Below, in pieces: positions 26,106-38,799 of a stretch of 64,000 bases of DNA. How positions within the stretch are numbered: position 1 is the stretch's first letter; the number at the start of each line of letters is the position of its first letter. The notes under the pieces were generated by a model. The model did not search any database. It was not told where the DNA came from and saw only the letters and a list, made by a program, of their open reading frames with translations. Source of the DNA: Eukaryota sp. TZLM1-RC (Eukaryota > Protista > Metamonada: BaSk clade); contig JAUPSS010000008.1 of NCBI GenBank assembly GCA_040285825.1, positions 434,001 through 498,000 on the forward strand. The letters run 5' to 3'. The translations under genes and the position numbers were made by a program.

Positions 26106-26906
26106 CTAATCTTCCAGTTTCATCAATCCTTCAATATACCCCCTGCAAACTGGACATTTGTTGGTTGTCCTCGTTAATGTTTGAGCACATTCGAGGCATA
26201 TGATAGAATGCCTACAAGGCAGTATTGAAGTATCTGGGTCATTGGTAAGACAAACCACACACTGTGATTCGTCCCCTTGACCATAAAGTTCTTGAATATT
26301 GTAACAAACACCATCTAGAAACACATCAAAAAAAGAAAGAATTAGGGTCGGTTTGCCTCTACGGAGTTCTATTCGGTAATAATAACATAACGTTTCGTTA
26401 GCACCGTTGGAAAAAATTAAAACAACATGGAATTGTTGATGATCTGGTTGCAGGGAAGAAAGTTGGTCTAAGTGTAGGGGAAAGGGTGAAGAAAGAGTAA
26501 TGTTTTCACCCAAGTTACTGTCAAAATGCTGAATGTGAGGAGGCCTGTCGAAAATGGGACGTGGAAGAGCCTTTTCTTCTCGTTGTGCCCCATAGATAAA
26601 AGTTAATGAACCAGTGGAGGAAGCTTTAAAGGTCAGTGTGGCATTAAAAAAACCAGGGGATTCGGTAGGTATTAAAGACACAGAAGACTTATCTAATATA
26701 AAGGACATGTCAACTGCTTTAGCTACACGGGGAGGATGATTTGTTGTAGGAACTGATGTTGAAACTCTATATTGAAAAGAACGGTCATTGGCCTCGACCT
26801 GATCCCTTATAGAATTAAACATGATTCGCTGAAGAAAGGAGGGGCGAGCAGCTGTAGTTCGACCAGACTGTTCAACATTGTAAGGTTGAGAACTTGAAGA
26901 TCCCAT
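26106..26906 (-). CDS. RING E3 ubiquitin ligase, MGRN1/RNF157/LOG2-like
   Basis: N-myristoylation-like MGSSSS, IQELYG motif before RING CVVC...LPCRH..C..C...CPVCR. Confidence 0.88.
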   Translation of the reverse strand: MGSSSSQPYNVEQSGRTTAARPSFLQRIMFNSIRDQVEANDRSFQYRVSTSVPTTNHPPRVAKAVDMSFILDKSSVSLIPTESPGFFNATLTFKASSTGSLTFIYGAQREEKALPRPIFDRPPHIQHFDSNLGENITLSSPFPLHLDQLSSLQPDHQQFHVVLIFSNGANETLCYYYRIELRRGKPTLILSFFDVFLDGVCYNIQELYGQGDESQCVVCLTNDPDTSILPCRHSIICLECAQTLTRTTNKCPVCRGYIEGLMKLED

Positions 26907-27179
26907 TGCTAAAAAGGTTGCATAAAACAAAAGAATCCCAACTACTAAAAAAATTCTAAGAAAGCGATTTTCTGCCTGATGCGGGAAATTCGCATTACAC
27001 GATCTATTTTTGTGCGGAATAATTACAAAAACTATCTACTACACAGATATTCCAGGGCTCACATCCAATTAATTACAATCATTTTTGTTGATTATTGATT
27101 GGCTCTCCAAAATGTGTTTCATTAATACAAGAAAATCTATCGGTGTAAGTGAATCTTGCTTATTGTTTTCTTCATCCAC

Positions 27180-27720
27180 TTTATCTTCGTAGTATGGGCA
27201 GTAAAACTATTGTGAAAACTTTTTTCACTATCTTGAAGGAACGACCAGTCAGGCCCTCAAAGAGGAAAAACGATAATGTAGTTGGCAATGTAGCTGTAAG
27301 AAAAAATGTTGCTCCACCAACACGTACTGAATGGCCAAAAGTAATGCATCACATAAAGACGCAGGAGTTCGTTGATTGGATACACACCATCACTTCTGGA
27401 ATATGTAAAAAAATACATGAATTCAGATACTGTAATCACCCAAATACAAGCCGGACCTAAGTACAATTCCTCAAATTATGCGGCTGGTATTTGGACCTAT
27501 TGTAGCCTAATACAAGACAACTGAATTGATAATAAATCCGATAAAAACGTCCTTTTTTAACCCATGTTCACTACATCTGACTTCGAAGCTTTTATCAACA
27601 CATCCTTTCCTAAGTTTGACCGACGATAAACACTACATTCCCTCTTCGTTACTCCAAATGCCACATGTTTGGTGATTTCATCCCCGTTGTCTAAAACCGA
27701 ATAACATTAGATAAATTTGA
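27180..27720 (-). pseudogene. Degenerate tyrosine recombinase (DIRS/Crypton-type)
   Basis: Manual minus-strand translation across frameshifts gives, in order, LFGFRQR..EIT, IKASKSDVVNMG and FGHSVRVGGATF (R...K...HxxR box order). Confidence 0.65.
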
Positions 27721-27935
27721 CATTGTTTCAACTTCATAAACTATCATAAACTGATGTTCAGAATGGAGAATTTGAAAATAAAATTCATTGAGGAAAGGTA
27801 AGTTGAAGGCCGATTTTGTTGAATTCTTTTTGAAGCACATGGTTTGTTCTTTGACCATCGTTAATGACCGATAATAATATCATTATCCATGTAAGCATTG
27901 ATTTTAGTGAATGAAATTATTGATGTCGTCTGTGA

Positions 27936-28045
27936 CATATGATAACAAAGAGTAAGGATAATTTATTAGAATTTCACCGGCCCTTATAAAGTAACTAGTG
28001 AACTATACTATATAAATACAAATGTACTAGACTAATTGTCCACAG
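27936..28045 (-). mobile_element. Orphan left end and 5' leader of a TA|CTGTG element (family E)
   Basis: Homologous to 63300..63389; begins TA|CTGTGGACAATTA on the minus strand and reaches an ATG, then switches to a LINE RT scrap (AYMDND). Confidence 0.55.
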
Positions 28046-28229
28046 TACAACATCATTGACTAATAATTTCTGGTAAAATTGGGGGAATAGCCAAACATAG
28101 ATGAGATATCATAGGGTTTTTCTAAGTCAGAAGCAATGGATGATTTCAATAATAGAATCAGCAAAATACAAAGTTGACCTAGTGTCAGATGTTCTTTGTG
28201 GTTATGGTTATTTACTGGCAAGTATTTCA

Positions 28230-29771
28230 ACGAAGCGTAATGAATACCGCCCCTATGAATTGACGTAAAAGCATTACTATAATGTAACAACATACATTCG
28301 ATTCATTTTGATGACACAATTCAAGTGGCACAAATACGGAAAGAGCAACTCGACCAGTCGTATTAGTTCCATAATGGAAAGATACCAAATTCTGTTTTGC
28401 TTTTTCTTTGAGCATATTGGAACAGCAAAGAAAATAGAAAAAACACTATGCATAATCTGAAAATCTGCAATTAGGTGAACATCTTGAGGATATTTGAGCT
28501 CACTGGATGAAACTTATTTGAAATATTTTATTAGGACAATTGAATAATCTACCGAATTGTCAACAAAATGTGGTTCAAAACGAAGACAATGGGAAGTGAA
28601 CAAGTTTCAAAGAGTAAGATTAAAAAATGAGTTCCACACTTTCCTGTACATAATTGATGTAGAAATTTCTGAAAGCAAATGCAAATTCACTAAATTTAGA
28701 ACAATGTAATTCTTGAGGAATAAAAAAATGGCTCCATTGGACCAATCGCTTCATCATTCGAGAATGATTGTATTGAAATTGTGAAACAGCATAGAGACAG
28801 AGTTTTTGACAAAACGTATTGGCGGAACAGAGATGTATTTTCAATTATTGAAGGTGTGGTCCCTCTGTTTGTCTTCTGCCATGTTATCTCTTGGTCGTTG
28901 TTATGAAGGAAAAACTTCCAGTCAAATATTGTTGGCTGATTTGGGGTATGAGGATATAGAATTTTAAATTTGTTGTTCAGTTTTTCATTGAGTGAACAAA
29001 CAAAAATAGTCGCAACTTCACTTTGGATTTTCAAACATACCTGTATTTTTAGTATTTTTCAGAGCAAAATCTGTGTGTTTTCCAGGAATGTTTTCAAATA
29101 TAATCACGTTTTCTATCACCTTTCCTTATTCTTTCTAGCGGTCATCCAACTGGGTCTCTGTCGCCCATTTGACATTGTTATGTTCTCTAGAGTCTTTATA
29201 AACGACTTTATCACTTATACGAAGAATTTATAGTACTTTTGAGTTGATGTAGACCATTAACAAGTGAAAATGATCTTCCATGTCTGAGTTTAGATGAATA
29301 TCATCTACGTTGCTTCTTTAAATTATGAACTTTACCTCTATCATCAATACTTGTCTACAAAACTTAAAACCTTTGATGCTTGCTCCTAACATTTACAATA
29401 TTAACATAGGTAACATAACAAAGTTTTCTTCATATGAGCCAAAGGTTCAATCAATGCCTATTTGTTTTGCTCGCCAAACTGTGACATATCTTGCTTCAAC
29501 AGCCACAATCCCCTGTTTCACTCCTTTTTTAATCACTACGTTATTAAAAATGGTTTGCATCGACTTTTGTTTGAATACTGACCATATTTGCAATATATTC
29601 TGCGTTTGCTCCTAAACATGTATGAGGTGAAAAGTATTTTTTCAAAGATATTGACTGGACAATCGGCCACTTTACGAAATTGTGAATGTCATTGCTATGG
29701 AATCCATCACGAAGACATATCAGCTCAACTAAGGCTTTGACGTCGGCTATAGTCATTGGATTGCAGGACAA
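28230..29771 (-). pseudogene. Mutator/MULE transposase remnant
   Basis: Manual minus-strand translation: PHTC, YVTVWRAKQ...FGSYEENFVMLP, DR*K...VIENVI...HRFC in MuDR order; many stops. Confidence 0.7.
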
Positions 29772-29849
29772 ATTAAATTGTAATGCAAATTAGGCAGAAT
29801 GGTAAAACGTGACTAGATTTGGGGGGGGGGTCAAACGTGAACATTTTTG

Positions 29850-30734
29850 TTATTTTCTCACTTTTCATTGGAATAAATTAAATTGTTTTTGTATTGGAAA
29901 TTTTTTAAAGGACATTCGCGATAGTTCTGCTTCTGCTTTAGTAACTCAAATTCCCTCTGTTTATGGACTTTTGTTACGAACAATGAATGGCTTTTAAACA
30001 TGCGTTTTCGTTGTTTTCTATAGCCAAACAATTTGCCCAATCATTTAACCTGTAAATGTGGTAAACCTCTTTTGTTTACTCATATTGTGAACTGTAAACA
30101 TTTCATTACATTGAGAAGTAAAGTACATAATAATGTCAGGGCCCAAATTTAAGTAATGTGCAAATCATATCGAGTAGATTCCTTTTCAGTGCCGTTGTTA
30201 TCAAAATTAATTCTTGTTGACCCCAATATTGATGTTACGCGCAACAACAGAACTTCTATGGGTCTGACAAGAGGTGATCTTGTTGTTCCCGGCTTAAATG
30301 GTAGTTTTACTTTATTAGACGCCATGTCCATTGGCCCTTGTAATTCTTCTAATGAACAATACATTAACTCAGATGTCAATAATCCTCTTCTTGCTGGCGA
30401 AAAATATAAAATTGCTAAATATGCGAAACCCATTTCCTCAGTTAATGAAAATTCTCATGCCCAATATAATTTATCGTTCTTTGTTTTTTCTTTGCTTGGA
30501 TCTCTAGGTAAGGCTGCTATGGCTTTCCTTGAGGATTTTGTTGTAGTTTTAAAGGAAAGAACTGAAAGAATTTTCAATCGTGTTTACTGGCAAAGCAGGA
30601 TTGTATTTTTTGTTTTTTAGGAAATGGTAAAACTAATCTGTGATTCACTCTCTTCTTTTAGGAAACTTTCTGAATCTTTAGCAATTAATTGATTTGAAGT
30701 AGGGGAGGCAGATTTTGAGGATGTGGAGTTTTAG
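29850..30734 (+). mobile_element. Non-LTR 3' fragment, family L-C (Zn finger + endonuclease)
   Basis: CKCGK...HIVNC...HNNVR, RGDLVV...LDAM...EKYKIAKY. Confidence 0.8.
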
Positions 30735-30793
30735 TTGTGTATTTCATGTTTTCTTATTCCTTATTAAATGAATAAGTAGTATTTTAAATTAAG

Positions 30794-33780
30794 TGTTGGC
30801 AAAAATGATGTTGCAAATTCTGAAAAAAATGCAAAAGAAAATTTATTAGAAGAACAGAATCTGAAGAAAAAGCAATAAATGATCCTCCACAAGTTGTTGC
30901 AAAACCAATCAACAATCCAATCAAGCACAAATTTTGTAACAAATGTGGTGCTGTTTAGGAAAAATGCAAAAGGTAAAACGACTGATCGATGCTTGTAATG
31001 CTAAATAGTCGATAATTACCATCCTCCCGTAAAAATACCTCAAGAAATTAATACGTCGATATGCAATGAATTCGCTTTCGTTTTTAAAAGAGTTTTGGAT
31101 CAATTGTGTAAGGGAAAGTATGCTATCAATATCCTTTGTGAATTTTTTGGTTCATTTTGTGCTCCTTTTGACCAAAATTTCGTAATTAATTCTGAAGATT
31201 TAACTAATATAGCACCGAGAACACAGTCATTTGAGAAATTGAGTCACATGTTTGAAGACAAATGCTTTGAAAACAAATGGTCTAGGACTTTGACTGCTTT
31301 AAGTCCCGGAGTTAAAGCACCCAACAATCAAGAAACTATAGATAAACAGAAAATACTACATCCATTGGAAGACCCAATAATGGATCATAATTTTTACGGA
31401 AATTATTGGGAAACTCATCCATTGATGGCATCAGAGGTATTTTCAGTGATAAAAAAGAGACCACGTGGTAAGTCTGCCGGGCTTTCTGGTATTTCTATTG
31501 ATCATATAAAAGCTGCAGTTATTTCATTAAAAAATTGTCTTGTTCTATTGACCAAATTTTTCAATAGAATATTGACTGGTCAACTTAAGTATTGAGAAGA
31601 ATTAAGACGTTCTCGTTTGACTGCACTTGTCAAGAATTCAAAAATGGATGTTCATCCTATTGCGGTCTCTGAAAGTATACATAATAATTTTTCTGTGTGT
31701 TGTTTAATCAGGTTCAATGAAAAAGCAAAAACGATTTCATAGCCCTTTCAATGTGGAATTAATACCACTAATGGAGTTTCTTATTTGCTACAGATGTACT
31801 ATTTCGCCAAAATGAATCCAATGTTTGTATGTCGTTGGATTTTAGTAATGCACTCAATTTACTCAGTCGTTGCAGTATTCATGGTGCTTTGTTGCGATAT
31901 GTGCCGGAATTAATGCCGTATTTCCAATCAACATATAGTACAAATTCTAAATTGCATTTTGGTAATTCCATTTTGAGCTCATCAAGTGGTGTAAAGCAAG
32001 GACATCCGTTAGAATCTCTTCTGTTTTGTTTGGCCATTCATTATATTTTATCACAAATTCAAGAGCTGTTTCCTTCGCTAAAAATGATTGCCTATATGGA
32101 TAATGTTGTTTTTATAGGTGATTTAAATATTGTGAAAGAAGCAACTGTATGTTTTAAAGAATTACTTACCAAAATTGGCCTCCGACCTAATTAACTTAAA
32201 TGTGTTTTGTTATCGAATTCTCCAGTTTCCAAAATTGTTGATGGTATTGAAAGTCAAGCCAAATTATATTCAATTGATGCTTTTCGTCATTTGGGTTCGT
32301 TTTTGGGAAATAATGATGAAATTACCAAAAAATTGTTGGAGATGTTGAACTCAATTTCTGAAAAATTGACCGAATGATGAATTTAGATATACAAAAACAC
32401 ATCAAGTTTACCATTATAAGACTGTGTTTTAGTTCCAATTTTAATCATATATTTCGATCTACAAATCCTCTTGTCACTAGACCTTTGGCTCAGAAGTTTA
32501 ATGAATTACGTGCAAAAGTTTTGTCACAATTACTGGGATGTGAAATGTTTCAAATTCCAGACCATGCTTATCGTAGTTTACATTATGGCGGTTTAGGTTG
32601 GACGAAGGCTTTCATTCTTACTTCGTGTGCTGGTATTCGGTGGATGTAGAAATGCAATCTTTGAGTTTTCCGAAAGATTTGCAGATTGGAAAGATTTATT
32701 GATGACAACACAAAGTTCCACTGTTTCTGCATTAAATGAAGAAATTTCTACAATTGATGTAGAAAAATGGAGTCGATGCTTTCCCCAATCATTCAATGAC
32801 AATATTCCAGAAAAGAATCTTTTAAATTTAAAATACACTCTTCGATCATTACAGAAACGATTGACTGCAATGTCTGAAAATGATCTTTATAATAATATAT
32901 GCAGCTCGGCTGTTTTAAATCAAGAGCTTCACCCATTGGAAAATGGTGTTTGTGAAAATAAGTCATCAGATTCTTCATTTTGTGTAACCATTGTACCACC
33001 AAGATTTGGATTGTGTGCTATTAATGAAGCATTTGTAACAAAAATGAGATTATATGTGAATAATCCCATTAATCAATTTTTATCAAAAGAAAAATGTATT
33101 TGTTCGAATTCACCTCAGCTCAATTTACGCCATGCTCTAAATTGTTCAAAATTGATAACTGATCGTTCTTCATTACATGATGCTGTTAGAGACACTGTTT
33201 TCAATATGGCACAAACTGCAAGAATATCGTGTATCAAAGAGCCTCTGCTGAAGGAAACACTTTCTCTGAATAATTTTGGTTCTGATCATAGAGGTGTTAT
33301 ACACTGTGATTATATTGATAACTCTGAAGCTATTGTTGACTTTGTTTCATGTAATGTTGCAAATGATTCTTTGGTTTACAGAAGAAAACTTATTCAGGTA
33401 AGTGCTCTTGATTTTAAAGCAAATGAAAAACATAAAAAATATGACAAAGATATTGAAGAAGCTAATGCTGGTAGAAATGCACAGCTAGTTTTTATTGCTT
33501 TCCCATTTTCGATAAACGGAAGACTATCAGTAGAGGCAGAAACTTTTTTGAATGACTTCCAAAAAATGGTTCAAGAAAAAACAATGAAGAGATTTGATAT
33601 TTTCTTGCGTTCTCGGATTCAATTTGCCATTATTAATAGATTACCTTGGTTTTTCAATCGAATAAGAGAAGCTTTAGCTAGACAGCAAGCAGATCAAGAT
33701 TTTGTGAAGGAAATCTTGGTTCAATGATATTCGTCTCAATAGTTATGAATTTATTTAATTAAGTGTACATGTTCAATAAA
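30794..33780 (+). mobile_element. Near full-length, inactivated CRE-like non-LTR retrotransposon (family L-A)
   Basis: RGKSAGLSG, RLTALVK...PIAV, LDFSNA, GVKQGHPL, YMDN, then Zn finger and endonuclease; several stops and frameshifts; AATAAA at 33775..33780. Confidence 0.92.
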
Positions 33781-33872
33781 TATTGTTTTAAAAAAAATTG
33801 TTTGAAAAAAATTGTTTGAAGACATCTTCAGATCAGATCCTGTCAATAAACCTCTCATCTCTTATACTTCTT

Positions 33873-34757
33873 ATGCCTCTTTGTGATAACTGTGATCAAG
33901 ATGTTCCAGCTGCAAACTTCACACTTCACAAAATTCAATGTCAGCGTAACACTACCAAATGTCCCCATTGTCAAGAACCTGTGTCAATAACAAGTCTCTC
34001 GTCTCATATAGAAGAGCAACACGCTCAAACTCAATGTTCTTGTAACAAAGTTCTAGAAAAGCGACAGCTCGATTTTCACAAAAAGAACGAATGCCCTGAT
34101 CGACCTATCCAATGTAAATACTGTGACATTCAATTACCTTTACATCAGATATTGCAACACGAAGCTGAATGTGGGTCTCGATCTACCATTTGTGAAGAAT
34201 GTGGCGAACGTGTTCGTTTAGCTCATTTGGATAATCACCTGATAAGTGGTTGCTCTTCTAATGTAGTTGGACAATCCCCACGTACAGTCTCCACTAGAAT
34301 TGATTCATCAGCTACCAGAAGGGGTAGATCCAGACGTCCTGTTTCACGATTAGTTGAGGAGTTGGTTCCTGAACTATCCCCTATGAGTAGAACCGAACCG
34401 CTTCCTTCTTCTTCTCCTGTGTCCTGTAGTTTTTGTGACAAATCTTTTTCCTCTGAAGCAGATGTACAACACCACTTTGACACTGAATGTCCCCTCAATC
34501 CAGACAGGCTTTCACAAACAACTTCCCCTCCTCCCCGTACCAGAACACCCCCTCAGTTTCCTTGCGGTTTCTGTGGAAGATTGTTCAATAACGATAGGGA
34601 GGTGGCTGACCATTTCCACAATGAATGTCCTTTCAATCCTGATTTGGGAAGTGTAGATGTAACAGAAGATTCCCCTGTTATTCCCTGCGAATTTTGTGGT
34701 GAATTGTTTCCGTTCACAATGATTGAACATCATCAGATGCAATGCAGACGACACTAA
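33873..34757 (+). CDS. TRAF-type zinc finger protein (TRAFD1/XAF1-like)
   Basis: CDNC...NFTLH...CQRN, tandem CxxC...H...C fingers, CGSRS, C-terminal IPCEFC. Confidence 0.88.
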   Translation: MPLCDNCDQDVPAANFTLHKIQCQRNTTKCPHCQEPVSITSLSSHIEEQHAQTQCSCNKVLEKRQLDFHKKNECPDRPIQCKYCDIQLPLHQILQHEAECGSRSTICEECGERVRLAHLDNHLISGCSSNVVGQSPRTVSTRIDSSATRRGRSRRPVSRLVEELVPELSPMSRTEPLPSSSPVSCSFCDKSFSSEADVQHHFDTECPLNPDRLSQTTSPPPRTRTPPQFPCGFCGRLFNNDREVADHFHNECPFNPDLGSVDVTEDSPVIPCEFCGELFPFTMIEHHQMQCRRH

Positions 34758-35237
34758 TTAATTATGAGGACCAGATGGGAATAAAAGAGTTTGATGTATT
34801 GTTTTTTTGTACACAACACCACCATCCAATTCCACACCCTCAACAAATACATGCATCTCAACTGGAGTTACAAATTTAAATACATTTTGGATTGTTGTAA
34901 AAATATGAAAGGAAAAATAGATTGAAACAATAATTACTAGCAGATGTATTATAAGGAAGAGAGAGAAAAGTTTTGTGTTTTTGTCCCCATTTAAGACAAT
35001 TTCTTTGCAACAAACCACAATAAGGCTATCAAAAAATTCCTAAAATGTCAATTCTATTCATTTTAGTATTTGAATTAATGTTCTTTATCATATGGTAAAC
35101 TTGGCCATAATTATTGTTATGAGTCAATGTTATTGATCAATAACTTGGTTCGGCTTTGTTATTGATAAAAGATTGGAAAATGATGAATTATCTTGTGAAA
35201 TGCATCATAATTTTGAAACTAATTACATTGAAAAATT

Positions 35238-35668
35238 CAGTGTTAAAGGGTGTGGTTTTTCGTGACGCACCCCTTTGAGTGCAGTCCGGGTGCGAGCTCG
35301 CACCCCTTTGGGTGCATATGGTATTGTAATAAATATCTGTGGTGATGACATCTATATTACACTTTGACATTCACATGTCCTCTTACGTAGATGACTATCT
35401 CACTACTCTACGCTTACCTGGGAATAACCACAAAGGCATTCATGCTGCAACCCTTTTTGATATTTCTATGGTAGATTAACATTATTACTTTTATGAATAA
35501 ACTATACTTGACTGTATATTCTAACTTTTAGGTATCCATAGATTATCAAAACAGCGTTTGCTATCATATGCACCCTTCACCTGCACCCCATTATTTGAAA
35601 ACACGCACTTGGGGTGCGCGGTGCGGGATTCGACCCCGCACACCCATTGCGCAACCTTTTTAACATTG
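35238..35668. mobile_element. Non-autonomous hAT-like element (MITE), 431 bp
   Basis: Imperfect TIR CAGTGTTAAAGGGT / CAATGTTAAAAAGGT, 8-bp TSD GAAAAATT / GAAAAATC, subterminal GCACCC/GGGTGC repeats at both ends. Confidence 0.78.
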
Positions 35669-36579
35669 GAAAAATCAAAAACAATTTTGAATTTATTTAA
35701 GCCTCAGAAGTTTCTATCTTTGGAAGCTACACCATGACTCTCTAGGCTGAGTACCACGGGTTGTATAATAATCAGGTATTTTAAACCTATTCAATTAACA
35801 CAAGAAGATGACAATAAAACTAATTACGCAGAGTTGTCCCATAAATAAAGTCTGTTGAAAATAATAGTTACTATTCCATTTAGTTGTCTCTGAGGTAAAG
35901 TCCCTATTCAATAGAGCTATATAAGGATAGATGGAAAATACAAATACTTGAATTCTTCTCTATTTTGTATTTGTATTAATACAAATTTGGTTATTTGTAT
36001 TTTTCTTCTTATGAGTCATTCTTCATCTCCGGTCCTAATCCTTCACGTCTTTCTGGATTTCAACGTAACAATGTTAAGTCCGAAAATCATCTCTGGGACA
36101 GGTGCTTTATCAAAAACAAGCAAAACTCTACCAACATGCGTATTGTATGAGGTTGATGTGGTCAGGCCTTTCCCAAAGCTAATGCAACTCAGAAAGAAGC
36201 ACAATGTTGGAGCAACTGAAAAATCTGGTATTTCAGGTATAGAATAATTTGTTTTGTTATAGAATGGTGTTTTTTTAGAAAACATGTGTTATTTACTCGG
36301 AAAACAAGTCAAATATAAGAAAATACATAAAATGGTCCCGTGTTCTGTATCTGTATTTGGTGTATTTGTATTTGTATTTGTATTAATACAAGGGCAAGGT
36401 GGTGAATTGTTCATCTATGAATCCAAGTACCAAGGTAGACGATTCGACAGTCTATTTTCTATTTACTACTTACTTAAAGTGTATTGTTGAAAACCCTAGA
36501 TGTTAAAGCTGATGAAATACTATAAACATTTATACTAAATTATATTATAAACGAAAATAAATTAAAAATAAATGAAAAA

Positions 36580-37914
36580 CTAAAAACTGAGATATTGACT
36601 AATCCAGTCCAAGAACCAATCAATTCCAGTGATATTGTATACAAAATAGGCAACATACGCCAAGATGAACAAAACTCCGATAGATTTCCTCAACTTAAAC
36701 CCCCCAATTGCTAATAATATAAACGATATCACCCCACTTGCTAGAGCAATGTAAGATGAAATAAAAAGGCCTGGCTCATCAATAACTACATCCTCTTTAA
36801 GAAAAACTGTTTGAACAAAGAAAGGGACTCCCAAACCTAATAAAATATCAAAAACATTCGACCCAAACACATTGCCAATGACAGCATCAGACATTCCCTT
36901 CATTCCCATGATAATAGAAGCAATGGCCTCAGGAGCTGAAGTCATTGGAGCAAGTAAAAGGATTCCCATCACGTCAGCAGTTGAGCCAACAAGGCAAGTG
37001 AGTTCATTGACCCAGTTGACAATAACATATTCCAAAACACCAAGCCAAACAATTGAGAGTAGAAAAGTGATTAAAAAATAACGTTCCTTCTTTGGACTTG
37101 AGCAATCTGGGAGGGTTATTTTCAAAACAAATCTATGTGGAAGTGTAATTGTCAAAACAATTCTCTTAAAGAAACCCTTTGGGAAGTAGGAGAGCTTTCG
37201 TCTGGCCGAGTCTCCTCCATGGTGGGCTTGCTTCTCCAGACGATGCTCAAGGGCCTCAATATCGTCTTCATCAACATTAACATACCCAAAGTCTGAAGGA
37301 AACATTTTGGTAGAGGAAGATGATTTAAAACAGTTCACAACCCAATTGGAGACTGATTTGGAAGATGCCACAAACAAAACGTAAAACACATAACTTCCAA
37401 GTAAAAAAGAAGACTCCTTGGCAGTGATTTTGTGATCAGCAAACACAAAGAGCATTAACAAAGAAGAAAGAAGGTAAAAGATCGTATCTCTAGTTAGGGA
37501 TTTCCAAGAAATTTTCAGGGCTTTGGTGAACAAGCAAGTGGCACCGAGTCCAATACCAACGTTGAATACACAAGAACCAACAACGGCACCCACTGCGCTG
37601 TCAGAATGGCCAGTGAATAAGGCAGCCAATGCGACGAAAACTTCAGGTGCAGAACTACCGATTGCAACAAAGGTGGCTCCAGCAAGGTCTTCAGAGAGTT
37701 TCAGTCTTTCAATGATGACATTAATACTAGGAACAAAGTATAGGTCACATAGATCAGTTACAAATAACATTGAGTAAAGGAGCATGGCGGAAATCACTGC
37801 AATACGTGGAATGTTATCAGTGTCAAAGTCACAAGGTTCTTCAGATACAAAAGGATCCGCATGTCCAGTAGCTGCAAAGAAAACAAGCAACAAAACAAGA
37901 ATGACCGTGTGCAT
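36580..37914 (-). CDS. K+-dependent Na+/Ca2+ exchanger (NCKX/SLC24-like)
   Basis: Signal peptide, alpha-1 repeat GATFVAIGSSAPE...VGSCVFN, alpha-2 repeat TSAPE...GSNVFDIL. Confidence 0.93.
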   Translation of the reverse strand: MHTVILVLLLVFFAATGHADPFVSEEPCDFDTDNIPRIAVISAMLLYSMLFVTDLCDLYFVPSINVIIERLKLSEDLAGATFVAIGSSAPEVFVALAALFTGHSDSAVGAVVGSCVFNVGIGLGATCLFTKALKISWKSLTRDTIFYLLSSLLMLFVFADHKITAKESSFLLGSYVFYVLFVASSKSVSNWVVNCFKSSSSTKMFPSDFGYVNVDEDDIEALEHRLEKQAHHGGDSARRKLSYFPKGFFKRIVLTITLPHRFVLKITLPDCSSPKKERYFLITFLLSIVWLGVLEYVIVNWVNELTCLVGSTADVMGILLLAPMTSAPEAIASIIMGMKGMSDAVIGNVFGSNVFDILLGLGVPFFVQTVFLKEDVVIDEPGLFISSYIALASGVISFILLAIGGFKLRKSIGVLFILAYVAYFVYNITGIDWFLDWISQYLSF

Positions 37915-37959
37915 TTGCCAATAATAATGTAAATTGGAAATGTAAAAAATAACATAAAT

Positions 37960-38770
37960 CAAGTCATCAGATTCTTCACTTTTTGTAACCATTGTATCAC
38001 GAAGATTTGGATTGTGTGCCACTAATGAAGCATTTGTAACAAAAATGAGATTATAGTTGAATATTCCCATAAACAATTGATATTAAACGAAAGATGTATT
38101 TGTTCGAATTCACCTCAACTCACTTTGCGCCATGCTCTGAATTGTTCGAAATTGATAACTTATCGTTCTTCATTATATGATGCTGTTAGAGACATGGTTT
38201 TTAATATGGCGCGAACTGCAAGAATTTCATGTATCAAAGAGCCTCTGCTGAAAGAAACACTGCCATAGATAAATTTTGGTTCTGATGATAGAAATGATAT
38301 ATACTGAGATTGGATTCAGAACTCTTAAGCTGTTGTTGACTTTGTCTCATGTAATGTTGCAAATGACACTTTGGTTCAAAGAAGAAAGCTTAATCCTGTA
38401 GATGCTCTTGACTTTAAGGCCCAAAAAAAGCATAGAAAATATAACAAAGATATCGAAGAAGCTAATGCCACTTGTTTTTATTGCTTTTCTATTTTCATTA
38501 AACGGAAGACTATCAGTGGAAGCAGAAACCGTTTTGAATGACTTCCAAAAAATGGTTCAAGAAAAAACAATGAAAAGATTTGATATTTTTTATGATGCTT
38601 TCGAATTCAATTTGCCATTATTAATAGATTACCTCGGTTTTTCAATCGAATAAGAGAAGCTTTAGCTAGACAGCAAGCAGATCAAGATTCTGTAGAGGAA
38701 ATCTTGGTTCAATGAATTTCGTCCCATTAGTTATGAATTAATTTAATTAAGTGTGCATGTTCAATAAATA
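37960..38770 (+). mobile_element. L-A non-LTR 3' fragment
   Basis: Matches 3210..4038 with stops; ends in the same 3' UTR with AATAAA. Confidence 0.88.
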
Positions 38771-38799
38771 TTTATATAGAAAAATGGAAAATAACAAAA

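Noticed and set aside
35605-35650. tRNA gene
   Set aside because: Only a T-arm-like hairpin; no D arm, anticodon arm or acceptor stem; lies in a MITE subterminus
36340-36390. Regulatory repeat array (TGTATT)n
   Set aside because: Low-complexity microsatellite; no boundaries found
37915-38076. N-terminal extension of the exchanger ORF
   Set aside because: Antisense LINE sequence; the signal peptide starts at 37914
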